Source: a bacterium
Lineage (GTDB): Bacteria; Acidobacteriota; Blastocatellia; HR10
Direction: 5' to 3'
NCBI GenBank assembly: GCA_041640655.1
Contig: JBEPZV010000053.1
Span: 1-15,491 of the forward strand
Length of the DNA: 15,491 bases
Both the position numbers and the translations under genes were made by a program. Positions within the stretch are counted from its first letter, which is position 1; each line of letters begins with the position of its first letter. The notes beneath the pieces are model-generated. The model did not search any database and was not told the DNA's origin. It worked only from the letters and a program-made list of their open reading frames with translations. Positions 7,225 through 15,491 of this stretch are shown piece by piece.

Positions 7225-9576
7225 TCACGCGCGCCGTTGGCCCGATAAAGCGGCCGGCGCCTCCTGCTGCAACATCTCCGCCAGCGATCCGCGCTTGCTG
7301 AAGAGAATGGCCAGGCTGAGCAACAGCGCGCACACGAGCACGATCCCTCCGCGCACCGTCCACGAGAGTGGGCGCGTGGCGAACGGCGCCACCAGAATGC
7401 TCACCAGATTCATGACCTTGATCAATGGATTGAGCGAAGGCCCGGCTGTATCCTTAAACGGATCGCCGACCGTATCGCCGATCACCGCCGCCTTATGCTC
7501 CTCGCTCCCCTTCCCACCGAGGAATCCATCCTCGATCTTCTTCTTCGCGTTATCCCACGTCGCTCCCGTGTTCGCCATGAAGACGGCCAGCAGTTGCCCG
7601 GTCAGGATCGCTCCGGCCAGAAATCCCCCGAGCGCTCCCGGCCCTAACGCGAAAGCGACAAGCAGTGGAGAGAAGATACCGAGGATGCCCGGTCCGAGCA
7701 ATTCCTTTTGCGCCGTCGCCGTCACGATCTCCACGCAGCGACCGTAGTCGGGTCGCTCCTTCCCCTCCAGGATGCCCGGCTTCTCGCGAAATTGACGGCG
7801 CACTTCCTCGACGACCTGATGCGCCGCTCGCCCGACCGCCTTCAGCGCGAACGCGGAGAAGAGGAAGGGCACCGCGCCGCCGATCAGGAGGCCGGCGAAG
7901 ACCTCTGGCAGATTCACCTGAATCCCTCGCTCGAAGAGGCGCGCCTCATCAATGAACGACCGGAACAGAGAGACCGCAGCGATCACTGCCGTCGCGATGG
8001 CCAAGCCCTTGGTGAGCGCCTTCGTCGTATTGCCGATGGCATCCAGCCAAGCCAGGTTCCGTCCCACCTCCGGAGCGGCCTTGATGCCGGACATTTCAAA
8101 GATGCCCTGCGCATTATCGGTGATCGGCCCGTACGTATCCATCGCCAGGACGAATCCCGTCGTCGTCAGCAACCCCAATCCCGCGAGCGCGATCCCATAG
8201 GCAGCCAGCGCCGGACTCCCGGCGAAGATCACCAGCGAGGCCACGATCGTGCCGACGATCGCCAGAATCGCCCAGACCGTGCTCTCCAATCCCGCTCCCA
8301 TGCCCGTCAGGAGCATCGTCGCCGCACCCGTTCGCGTGGAGATCGCCGTCTCCGTCGCTGCCGGCTTATCCGGATGCGTGAACAAATTGGTGATCCACAG
8401 CGTCACAAGCGCCAACCCGATCCCCATGCTCGTAGCCAAGAAGAAGCGGAAATCCGGCCGCCCCGTCACCGGATCCACGAGATAGAAGGCATTCAAGAGC
8501 GCGAATCCGAGGACCGAGCTGAGCCCCGCGACCCAATACCCCACCGTGATGGGACGCATCGGATCTTTCACCTGCTCGCTCCGCATCCGCACGCTCCAAA
8601 TGCCGAGTATGGACGAGAAGACCCCCAGGGCGCGCACCAACAAAGGAAACAGGATCAGCTTCAGCGCGAAGGCCGAGGCGTGCGCTCCGTAATACCGCGT
8701 GAACGCCGGATCCAGCAGCGTGGCCGCGGCCAGGATGATAGCGGCCACCAGCGTCACCTCGTAGCTCTCAAAGACATCGGCGGCCATCCCCGCGCAATCC
8801 CCCACGTTGTCACCGACATTATCCGCGATGACGGCCGCATTGCGAGGATCATCCTCAGGGATCCCCTTCTCGACCTTCCCAATCAGGTCCGCCCCGACGT
8901 CCGCCGCCTTCGTGTAGATGCCACCGCCGATGCGCATGAAGAGCGCTGCCAGACTCCCCCCGAAGCCAAATCCCACCAGCACCTTCATCGCGTCTTCCTG
9001 AAAGAGCAGGAAGATGAGCGTCGCGCCCAGCAGTCCGAAGCCCACCGTGAACATGCCCGAGACCGCGCCTGCGCGAAACGCCAGCTCAAACGCCCGAGGG
9101 AAGCTCGACCGCGCTAGATTCGCCGTGCGCACGTTGCCCTTGACGGCCAACCACATCCCCACATATCCGGCGCCATAGGAGGCCATCACCCCCATCAGAA
9201 AGGCGACGGCGATGCCCGCCGGGAATCTCCAGTCCGGATAAACCCGCTGGTAGACGATGAAGAGCAAGAGGGTGATCGCCAGCACGAACCAGATCATCGT
9301 GCGAAATTGCCGCCCCAAATACGCCATCGCGCCTTCCTCAATCGCCCGCGCGACGCGAACCATCGCCTCCGGCCCCGCCTCCTGTCGCGTCACCCGCCGA
9401 ACCAACAGCGCGCCATAGAGGAGCGCGAGCAGGGCGGATGCCAGAACCGCCCACAGGATCATCCACTCCGTGCGCCCCAGCGTCGGCAACGTGATCTCAC
9501 GTTCGGACTGCGCCCATACATCCCCGCTCACGAAACACGCCAGGAGAAGAGAAAGCGCCAAGTGCCTCACCCTCAT
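7225..9576 (-). CDS. hppA: Membrane-integral pyrophosphatase (ion-pumping PPase), K+-independent type
   Basis: GGGIYTKAADVGADLIGKVE, EDDPRN, DNVGDNVGD, YGPITDNAQGI, GNTTKA, WDNAKK and GDTVGDPFKD are all present. The preferred start is ATG 9576 after GGAGGG (alternative GTG 9615). Confidence 0.97.
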   Translation of the reverse strand: MRVRHLALSLLLACFVSGDVWAQSEREITLPTLGRTEWMILWAVLASALLALLYGALLVRRVTRQEAGPEAMVRVARAIEEGAMAYLGRQFRTMIWFVLAITLLLFIVYQRVYPDWRFPAGIAVAFLMGVMASYGAGYVGMWLAVKGNVRTANLARSSFPRAFELAFRAGAVSGMFTVGFGLLGATLIFLLFQEDAMKVLVGFGFGGSLAALFMRIGGGIYTKAADVGADLIGKVEKGIPEDDPRNAAVIADNVGDNVGDCAGMAADVFESYEVTLVAAIILAAATLLDPAFTRYYGAHASAFALKLILFPLLVRALGVFSSILGIWSVRMRSEQVKDPMRPITVGYWVAGLSSVLGFALLNAFYLVDPVTGRPDFRFFLATSMGIGLALVTLWITNLFTHPDKPAATETAISTRTGAATMLLTGMGAGLESTVWAILAIVGTIVASLVIFAGSPALAAYGIALAGLGLLTTTGFVLAMDTYGPITDNAQGIFEMSGIKAAPEVGRNLAWLDAIGNTTKALTKGLAIATAVIAAVSLFRSFIDEARLFERGIQVNLPEVFAGLLIGGAVPFLFSAFALKAVGRAAHQVVEEVRRQFREKPGILEGKERPDYGRCVEIVTATAQKELLGPGILGIFSPLLVAFALGPGALGGFLAGAILTGQLLAVFMANTGATWDNAKKKIEDGFLGGKGSEEHKAAVIGDTVGDPFKDTAGPSLNPLIKVMNLVSILVAPFATRPLSWTVRGGIVLVCALLLSLAILFSKRGSLAEMLQQEAPAALSGQRRA

Positions 9577-9666
9577 ATTACCCTCCATGCCGTTTGCGGT
9601 TCTCGTCTCCTCCACCTCCCGGAGAGGTCGAGGCGTGACGCCCCCCCTTCACGCCCGTTCCCGATC

Positions 9667-10368
9667 TCAATTCGCATATGGGATCGGATCCTCGATCCCC
9701 GCTTCGGCGAAACCGCGCCGTCGAATCTGACAGCTATCACACCGCCCGCAGGCGAGCATCTCCCCCTCTCGCGCTACGGGATCATAGCAACTCCATGTGA
9801 GGCGATAGTCCACACCCAATTCTCGCCCCCGCCGAATGATCTCGGCCTTGGTCATCGAGAGGAGCGGCGCGTGAATGCGAAATCGCGACTGTCCCGAGAC
9901 GCCCGCGCGCGTCGCCAGATTGGCCATCTGCTCGAACGCCCGCAAATATTCGGGCCGACAATCCGGATAGCCGCTGTAATCGAGGACGTTCGCCCCGAAG
10001 AAAATGTCCTCGGCGCCGAGCACCTCGGCCCACGCGAGCGCGAAGGCGAGGAAGATCGTGTTCCGCCCCGGGACGTAGGTGATCGGAATCTCGGCGCCGA
10101 TCTCCTCCGGTGTTCGATCCTTCGGCACGGCGATGCTCTCGTCGGTGAGCGCCGAACCGCCGATCTCCCGCAGGTCAATGGCGATCACCAGATGTCGGGC
10201 GACACCGAAAGCCGCGGCGATGGCCCGCGCGCGCTCGAGCTCGATCTCATGCCGCTGACCGTACCGGAAGGAGAGGGCGTAGACCTCGTACCCCTCGGCG
10301 CGAGCGATCGCGAGCGTCGTCGTCGAATCTATCCCTCCACTCAACAGGACGACGGCTCTCTCGGCCAT
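9667..10368 (-). CDS. queC: 7-cyano-7-deazaguanine (preQ0) synthase
   Basis: [37 protein letters not shown] and CGRCDSC. Confidence 0.97.
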   Translation of the reverse strand: MAERAVVLLSGGIDSTTTLAIARAEGYEVYALSFRYGQRHEIELERARAIAAAFGVARHLVIAIDLREIGGSALTDESIAVPKDRTPEEIGAEIPITYVPGRNTIFLAFALAWAEVLGAEDIFFGANVLDYSGYPDCRPEYLRAFEQMANLATRAGVSGQSRFRIHAPLLSMTKAEIIRRGRELGVDYRLTWSCYDPVAREGEMLACGRCDSCQIRRRGFAEAGIEDPIPYAN

Positions 10369-10374
10369 ACCCCC

Positions 10375-11343
10375 TCACGCGAATTCGCGGGCTCCGAGAA
10401 GGGACGAGGAGGCCTCCGATCGCGCCACCTCCGGGGGGAGGGCGAACTGCACGCCCTCCTCCTCGGCGGGCATCTCTTCGATGCTCTCGGCTCCGAGCGC
10501 GCGAAGATACGCGATCACGCGCGCGACCAGCTCCTCAGGCGCCGACGCGCCAGCCGTCACGCCCACGGATGTCACCCCCTCCAGCCACGCCGGCTCGATC
10601 TCCGCCTCATCGTTGATCACATACGCGGGAACGCCCGCCGCTTGAGCGACCTCCCGCAACCGCTGCGAATTCGAGCTGTTCTGCGAGCCGATCACGAGGA
10701 TGAGATCCACGTCGCGCGCCAACGCCTTCACCGCATTCTGCCGATTCTGCGTGGCGTAGCAGATGTCCTCCTTGGGCGGCGATTCCAACCGCGGGAACCG
10801 ACGTCGCAACGCCTCGACGATATGCGCCGTATCGTCCACGCTGAGCGTCGTCTGCGTGAGATAGACGACCCGATCGGGGTGCTCCACCTGCAACCGCTCC
10901 ACATCGGCGACGGAGCTGACCAGATGCATGGGCGCCTCGCCCATCGTCCCCTCGACCTCCTCATGCCCGGGATGCCCGATGAGCACGATCGAATACCCCT
11001 CGCGGGCGAATCGCACAGCTTCCACATGCACCTTCGTCACCAGCGGGCACGTCGCGTCAATGACTCGCAGCCGACGCTGCGCCGCCTCCGCCCGAACGTG
11101 AGGGGAGACGCCGTGCGCGCTGAAGATGCACGTCGCGCCCTCGGGCACATCGGCGATCCGATCCACGAAGATAACCCCGCGACGGCGCAAGCGTTCGACG
11201 ATATGTCGGTTGTGCACGATCTCGTGGAAGACGTAGATGGGCGGAGGAAAGAGCGCGAGCGCGCGCTCGACAATATCAATGGCGCGCACGACGCCGGCGC
11301 AGAACCCCCGCGGTTTCGCCAGAACGACTCGACGAATCGCCAT
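10375..11343 (-). CDS. ispH: 4-hydroxy-3-methylbut-2-enyl diphosphate reductase
   Basis: PRGFCAGV, IVHN, SAHG, DATCPLVTKVH, HEEV, QTTLS, ICYATQNRQ, SSNS and TAGASAP. RBS spacing favours ATG 11343 over 11349. Confidence 0.97.
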   Translation of the reverse strand: MAIRRVVLAKPRGFCAGVVRAIDIVERALALFPPPIYVFHEIVHNRHIVERLRRRGVIFVDRIADVPEGATCIFSAHGVSPHVRAEAAQRRLRVIDATCPLVTKVHVEAVRFAREGYSIVLIGHPGHEEVEGTMGEAPMHLVSSVADVERLQVEHPDRVVYLTQTTLSVDDTAHIVEALRRRFPRLESPPKEDICYATQNRQNAVKALARDVDLILVIGSQNSSNSQRLREVAQAAGVPAYVINDEAEIEPAWLEGVTSVGVTAGASAPEELVARVIAYLRALGAESIEEMPAEEEGVQFALPPEVARSEASSSLLGAREFA

Positions 11344-11372
11344 ACCCATTCCCTCCTCGCTGGGGGAGGCCT

Positions 11373-12350
11373 TTAAGCGTATCGCTCACAGGGCGAGACG
11401 TCAACACGGAGCAGAGCGCGAACGCGCGGATGCGTGAAGTACCGGCGCGCGCGCGCGATGTCCTGCTCGATCTGAGCGCGCAAGGCATCCACCGTCTCGA
11501 ATCGGCGCTCCGACCGCAACCGCCGCAGGAATCGCAGCGCCACCGACGCGCCGAGCGCATCCCCGCGCCAATCCAACAAATGCGTCTCAACGCTCATTGC
11601 CCCTCCCTCGTCGAAGGTCGGTCGGTGTCCGACGTTGGTCACTCCTGGATGCCACTGCTCCCCAAGACGCACGAGGGTGACATAGACGCCGGTCGCCGGA
11701 AGAATCGGGTTCTCTGACTGGAGATTCGCCGTCGGGACGAGCCGTTCGCGACCGCGACCGGATCCCGCGATGATGCGCCCGCGAACCTCATACGGACGCC
11801 CCAGCAGACGCCGCGCCAGATTCACACACCCCGTCCGCAACAGGCGCCGAATCGTCGTCGCGCGCACACGATGGCCGCGCAGCGTCACCTCCTCGATCTC
11901 CACCGCCCGCCGTCCCAATCGCGCGGCGACCTCCACGGCCAGATCAATCCGCCCTTGCCGATCGCGCCCGAAGGCCGCCCCCTTCCCCAGGTACAGCTCG
12001 CGCGCGTCCAAGCGCCCGAACACGTACGTGAGCAGAAAATCCTCGGCCGAGACGGCCGCCAGCTCGCGAGTGAAGCACATGAGAATGACCTGCTCCACCC
12101 CCAGTTCGGCGAACGCTTCCAAACGTTGCTCCAGTGTCTGAAGCAGCGGAGGCGCCGTCTCCGGATGCAAGACCTGTCGCGGATGCGGATCGAAAGTGAT
12201 GACCGTCGGCGTCGCCCCCAACGCTCGCGCCCGCTCGACGACCGTGCGCAGAATGCGCTGATGGCCGAGGTGAACCCCATCGAAGACGCCGAACGTCACC
12301 ACCGTGGGGCACCGAATGGTCTCCTGCCACAGATCGCGAACGATCTTCAT
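11373..12350 (-). CDS. ribF: Bifunctional riboflavin kinase / FAD synthetase
   Basis: FDGVHLGH, TFDPHP, LLGRPY, PTANL, GVY, NVGHRPTF, ETHLLD and LRSERRF. The start is probably ATG 12350 (alternative GTG 12374). Confidence 0.96.
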   Translation of the reverse strand: MKIVRDLWQETIRCPTVVTFGVFDGVHLGHQRILRTVVERARALGATPTVITFDPHPRQVLHPETAPPLLQTLEQRLEAFAELGVEQVILMCFTRELAAVSAEDFLLTYVFGRLDARELYLGKGAAFGRDRQGRIDLAVEVAARLGRRAVEIEEVTLRGHRVRATTIRRLLRTGCVNLARRLLGRPYEVRGRIIAGSGRGRERLVPTANLQSENPILPATGVYVTLVRLGEQWHPGVTNVGHRPTFDEGGAMSVETHLLDWRGDALGASVALRFLRRLRSERRFETVDALRAQIEQDIARARRYFTHPRVRALLRVDVSPCERYA

Positions 12351-12501
12351 CGAACCCTGACGCCGCCTCGCCACCGAAGGGAGAAGAACGCCCGTTCCAC
12401 ATGTGCTCCAATGGGACGTGAGATCTTCATCGGCGAGGGATCACCCCCCGTCCCCACCGGCAGCCGCCCAGTGCTCAAGAGGAGCGCGCACGTCCCCCTC
12501 C

Positions 12502-12936
12502 TCAAGCCCCCGCCTCCCGCTCCCTCGGCTGCCGATTCGCTAACTGAACGAAGCGCATGCGCAACTGCGTGAGCGCTCCATCGAACAGTTCCTCCTCCTC
12601 GCGGGAGAGGTTGCCGCGCGTCTTCTCCCGCAACGCCCCCAGCCAATCAATCATCTGCTTGGCGGCCGATAAATCCACCACCCGCTTCCCCAAAGCCGGG
12701 TGTTCCATCATCCCCAGATTGACTTCCGCCGAGGAGATGAGATTCACGAGCAGCTCGACAAAGAGCGGCGACGTCTCGATCGAAGGGGGCGTCGGTGCGG
12801 GCTCTTCGACCTTCGGCATCTCCGCGGGTGCGCTCACCTGCTCCCGCTCCACAATCTCCACCCGCAATGTCCCATCAGGGTTGAAGAGCCGGCGATCCGT
12901 CACCTTGAACGTGACCTCACCCTCCTTGTTGCTCAT
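12502..12936 (-). CDS. DUF1844 domain protein
   Basis: FKVTDRR N-terminus and C-terminal DLSAAKQMIDWLGALREKTRGNLSREEEELF signature. AGGAG/GAGG RBS. Confidence 0.88.
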   Translation of the reverse strand: MSNKEGEVTFKVTDRRLFNPDGTLRVEIVEREQVSAPAEMPKVEEPAPTPPSIETSPLFVELLVNLISSAEVNLGMMEHPALGKRVVDLSAAKQMIDWLGALREKTRGNLSREEEELFDGALTQLRMRFVQLANRQPREREAGA

Positions 12937-12995
12937 GCGCCCTCACTCCTCACCGTTTCCTCATCCTGCGCACTGCGCGCGATGTCGAGGCATTC

Positions 12996-13024
12996 ATCTT
13001 ATCACTCCCCCTTTTCGACAGCAA
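12996..13024 (-). promoter_or_regulatory. sigma-70 promoter with extended -10 for the DUF1844-ribF-ispH-queC run
   Basis: Minus strand TTGCTG, 17-nt spacer ending TGA, then TAAGAT (TGnTAAGAT), about 60 nt upstream of the DUF1844 ATG. Confidence 0.65.
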
Positions 13025-13309
13025 GAGAGGCCCGCCCCACCCTGCAGGAGAATGCCGGGGACCGCCCCCCAACGCGCATCTCCGCCGCTGCAATTGACCG
13101 CTTCGGCAACAAGATCGCACGCGACAATCGCTCGACTTCCCGCAGACCGGATGGGATCCGCTCCCCACCGGCACGCCGATCGCAAAAATGAGCCGGGAAC
13201 GCCTGAGGTCTCCGATGCGACGCCTATCGAGGAAGACGATCCGGATGGGAACACCCCGGCGCCACGTCAGTGAAACGACTCCGCCGACTCCTGATACACG
13301 GCTTCGTCA

Positions 13310-15490
13310 TCACTGGCGGCGTCGGAAGGTGCCGGTTTCGCTATTGAGCCAGACCTGAAGCGCACTTCCGGTCACGTCGAGGACGACGAGGTCCAATCGT
13401 CCATCGTCATCCAGATCCACGGCGACGACCCCCGTCGGTACAGCGTTGATGTTCATCCGCTGTCGAGAGCCCCACCGCCCGCTGTCTTCTCGCACATGCA
13501 CCCAGACCTGTTGCGCCAGAGAACCGGCGCTGGCGATGCCCACCCCATCGCTGAAAAATCGCCCGATCACCACGGCCACCGGTTGTTCGGCCGTTGGCAC
13601 CGTCGCAACGACCCGCAGGCGCAGGCGGGACCCAGCCATCCCCTCGTTGCGCACAATCGAGAGCGTGGAGGCGCGAACATTGGCGGTGACCACATCCACC
13701 CGCCCATCTTCATCCAGGTCAGCGGCCGCAATCGTGACCGGTTCGCGATCTACCGTGACCTCGCCACCCATGACGAACGTCCCATCTCCGCGTCCGAGAA
13801 GCACGGCCACGCTGTCAGAAGCCGCATCGGCGATCGCCACATCCACGATGCCCTCGCCGCTCAAATCGGCCACGGCCAGCGCGACAGGCCGCCTCCCGAC
13901 ATGAACGCGTTGCCCGGCGACGAACGTCAGGTCACCTCGCCCGCGAAAGATCTGCAGCTCACTCTCGTCCGGATAAATGACCACGATGTCCGCTCGCCCA
14001 TCCCGGTCGAAATCGCCCACAGCTACAGCCACAGGCTTGGCCGGAACCAAAAGGGCGCGCCCGCGTCGAAACGTGCCATCCCCCACCCCCTCCAGGATCG
14101 TCAACGTTTGCGACTGAAAATCAGCCGTGACGACGTCCGTCGCCCCATCGCCGTTGAGATCGCCAGCGGCAGCCGCCACCGGCTCCCTCCCGACGAGAAC
14201 CCTCTGCCCCGGCCGCAACGTCCCATCCCCGGAATTCAAGAACACGCGCATCTGATCCTGAACCGCGTCCACCACGATCACTCCCCGTGTACCCTCCGCA
14301 GCAGCATGGGCGGCTACTCCACGAGCCGCTTCAGATTGAATGCGGAAGGTGATCCCCACAAGACTCGCCCGCTTGAGCCGGTTCGTGAATGTGCAGGTGA
14401 CGGTCTCTCCCGGATCCACACGGAATGTCGCCCTCGCCTGAGAGACATCGCCAGAACTCGGCTGAGGACTCGCACCATCATCGCACGAGATCGAGACCAG
14501 CTCGAACTGACTCGGAACGGCCTCCGTCACCACGTACGTGCCCGGCACGAGATTATCCCTCGTGAGCGTCTCACCATTCCGAAGACTGCCGGTCACCGCT
14601 CCCGTGAACGAGAACTGCGTGTTTGTCGGATCGGGATTCGGTTCGGTGACCTTCCTCACCACAATCCGCCCCCGCTTCACATTCCGAAACGTACAGGTCA
14701 CCGTATCCCCAGCCCCCAACGCGCTCACTGTCGCCGTCGCCCCACTCACCACAACCGTGGACGTCCCTAACGCACTCCCACACGATACACTCACCAAATC
14801 CCACCCCGACGGGATCCCCGACTCCGTCACCGACCGCGACCCCCCAGCCCCCCCAGGCACCAAATTGTCAAACGTCTGCACCCCACTCCCCCCACTGGTC
14901 ACAATCGTGAAATTGCTCATCCCATCCCCCGACCCCGTGAACCCAAACGCCCCATCCCCTCCCACCGCCTCCTTCCTCACCACAATCCGCCCAAACCTCC
15001 GATTCGTGAACGCGCAGGTGATCGTCTCCCCAGGATCCACCGTGACCGTGATGCTCGTCCCCACTCCACTCCCCTCAGCCCCACAATTCACCTCACTCGC
15101 ATACCCCGATGGCCCACTCTCGCTCACCGTGTACACCCCAGGCACCAAATCCGAAAACGTCGCACTCCCCCCATCCCCAATCGTCTGCGCCGGCTGCCCC
15201 GTCACACTCATCACCCACGACGACCCGTCATCCGGCACCACATCCTTGCTCACCACAATCCGCCCCCGCTTCACATTCCGAAACGTGCACGTGATCACCT
15301 CCCCAGCCCCCGCCACAAACGTCGCCGTCCGCGTCCCCACATTCCCCGTGCTGTCGTTGCTGGGGTCGCTGCAACTGATGCTCACCAAATCCCACCCGCT
15401 CACCGCACCCTCCGTGCTCGCGTACGTCCCCGGCACCACCTCCGCCGTCAACGTCCCCCCATCCACACTGATCGTCCCACTGGGCGTCCC
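13310..15490 (-). CDS. Large extracellular/surface protein (5' truncated): tandem CnaB/prealbumin-like modules plus C-terminal FG-GAP/VCBS propeller
   Basis: The frame is open to the right edge. Modules of about 90-110 aa read GRIVVxK...VxE...C...GxxxTCxFxN. The C-terminus carries repeated DxxxDGxxD motifs (GDLNGDGATD, GDFDRDGRAD, ADLDEDGRVD, VDLDDDGRLD). Confidence 0.9.
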   Translation of the reverse strand, partial: GTPSGTISVDGGTLTAEVVPGTYASTEGAVSGWDLVSISCSDPSNDSTGNVGTRTATFVAGAGEVITCTFRNVKRGRIVVSKDVVPDDGSSWVMSVTGQPAQTIGDGGSATFSDLVPGVYTVSESGPSGYASEVNCGAEGSGVGTSITVTVDPGETITCAFTNRRFGRIVVRKEAVGGDGAFGFTGSGDGMSNFTIVTSGGSGVQTFDNLVPGGAGGSRSVTESGIPSGWDLVSVSCGSALGTSTVVVSGATATVSALGAGDTVTCTFRNVKRGRIVVRKVTEPNPDPTNTQFSFTGAVTGSLRNGETLTRDNLVPGTYVVTEAVPSQFELVSISCDDGASPQPSSGDVSQARATFRVDPGETVTCTFTNRLKRASLVGITFRIQSEAARGVAAHAAAEGTRGVIVVDAVQDQMRVFLNSGDGTLRPGQRVLVGREPVAAAAGDLNGDGATDVVTADFQSQTLTILEGVGDGTFRRGRALLVPAKPVAVAVGDFDRDGRADIVVIYPDESELQIFRGRGDLTFVAGQRVHVGRRPVALAVADLSGEGIVDVAIADAASDSVAVLLGRGDGTFVMGGEVTVDREPVTIAAADLDEDGRVDVVTANVRASTLSIVRNEGMAGSRLRLRVVATVPTAEQPVAVVIGRFFSDGVGIASAGSLAQQVWVHVREDSGRWGSRQRMNINAVPTGVVAVDLDDDGRLDLVVLDVTGSALQVWLNSETGTFRRRQ
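14650..15286. repeat. Intragenic direct repeats at module junctions
   Basis: A 38-bp identical repeat CTCACCACAATCCGCCCCCGCTTCACATTCCGAAACGT occurs at 14655-14692 and 15249-15286. A 22-bp CCTTCCTCACCACAATCCGCCC occurs at 14650-14671 and 14971-14992. Confidence 0.9.
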
Positions 15491-15491
15491 C

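Noticed and set aside
9632..9656. GGCGTGA/TCACGCC hairpin between queC and hppA as a terminator
   Set aside because: There is no U-tract in the direction of transcription. It could be a stability hairpin, but this is unsupported.
9667..10368. queC as part of a deazaguanine DNA-modification or QatABCD-type defence system
   Set aside because: It is a canonical-length QueC among housekeeping genes, with no dpd, tgt-like, TatD or ATPase neighbours.
10369..10374. preQ1 riboswitch upstream of queC
   Set aside because: Only 6 nt separate ispH and queC, and no aptamer sequence is present.
9307..11376. 689-aa + strand ORF (also 7708-9117, 13496-14770, 1794-2810, 2711-3511)
   Set aside because: These are antisense shadows of well-supported genes. 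They are Arg/His/Pro-rich with no motifs, as expected in high-GC DNA.
13025..13309. ncRNA or small gene between DUF1844 and the surface protein
   Set aside because: No recognisable RNA family motif, terminator or credible ORF was found.
14650..15491. CRISPR array or DGR template/variable repeats
   Set aside because: The repeats are in-frame parts of protein modules spaced hundreds of bp apart. There is no adenine-specific mismatch pattern and no cas or reverse transcriptase gene in the window.

Overview
GC-rich bacterial chromosomal window. The TonB type, DUF1844-ribF linkage and a BpsA homolog suggest a thermophilic member of the Acidobacteriota (inference only). From left to right it holds: the 5' end of a minus-strand gene with a near-consensus sigma-54 promoter; a + strand operon (LysE-type exporter, BpsA-like branched-chain polyamine synthase, VIT1/CCC1 transporter); and a convergent two-gene minus-strand unit (zinc-ribbon/HEAT protein and a helical hypothetical protein) directly behind a complete fluoride riboswitch with its own promoter and terminator. 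Next come TonB, a small membrane protein and an APC-fold transporter; a minus-strand run DUF1844-ribF-ispH-queC-hppA; and the 3' part of a large surface protein with CnaB/prealbumin-like modules and an FG-GAP propeller. The best lead is the fluoride riboswitch, which controls two uncharacterised soluble proteins rather than a fluoride exporter. All calls come from reading motifs by eye; no database searches were run.
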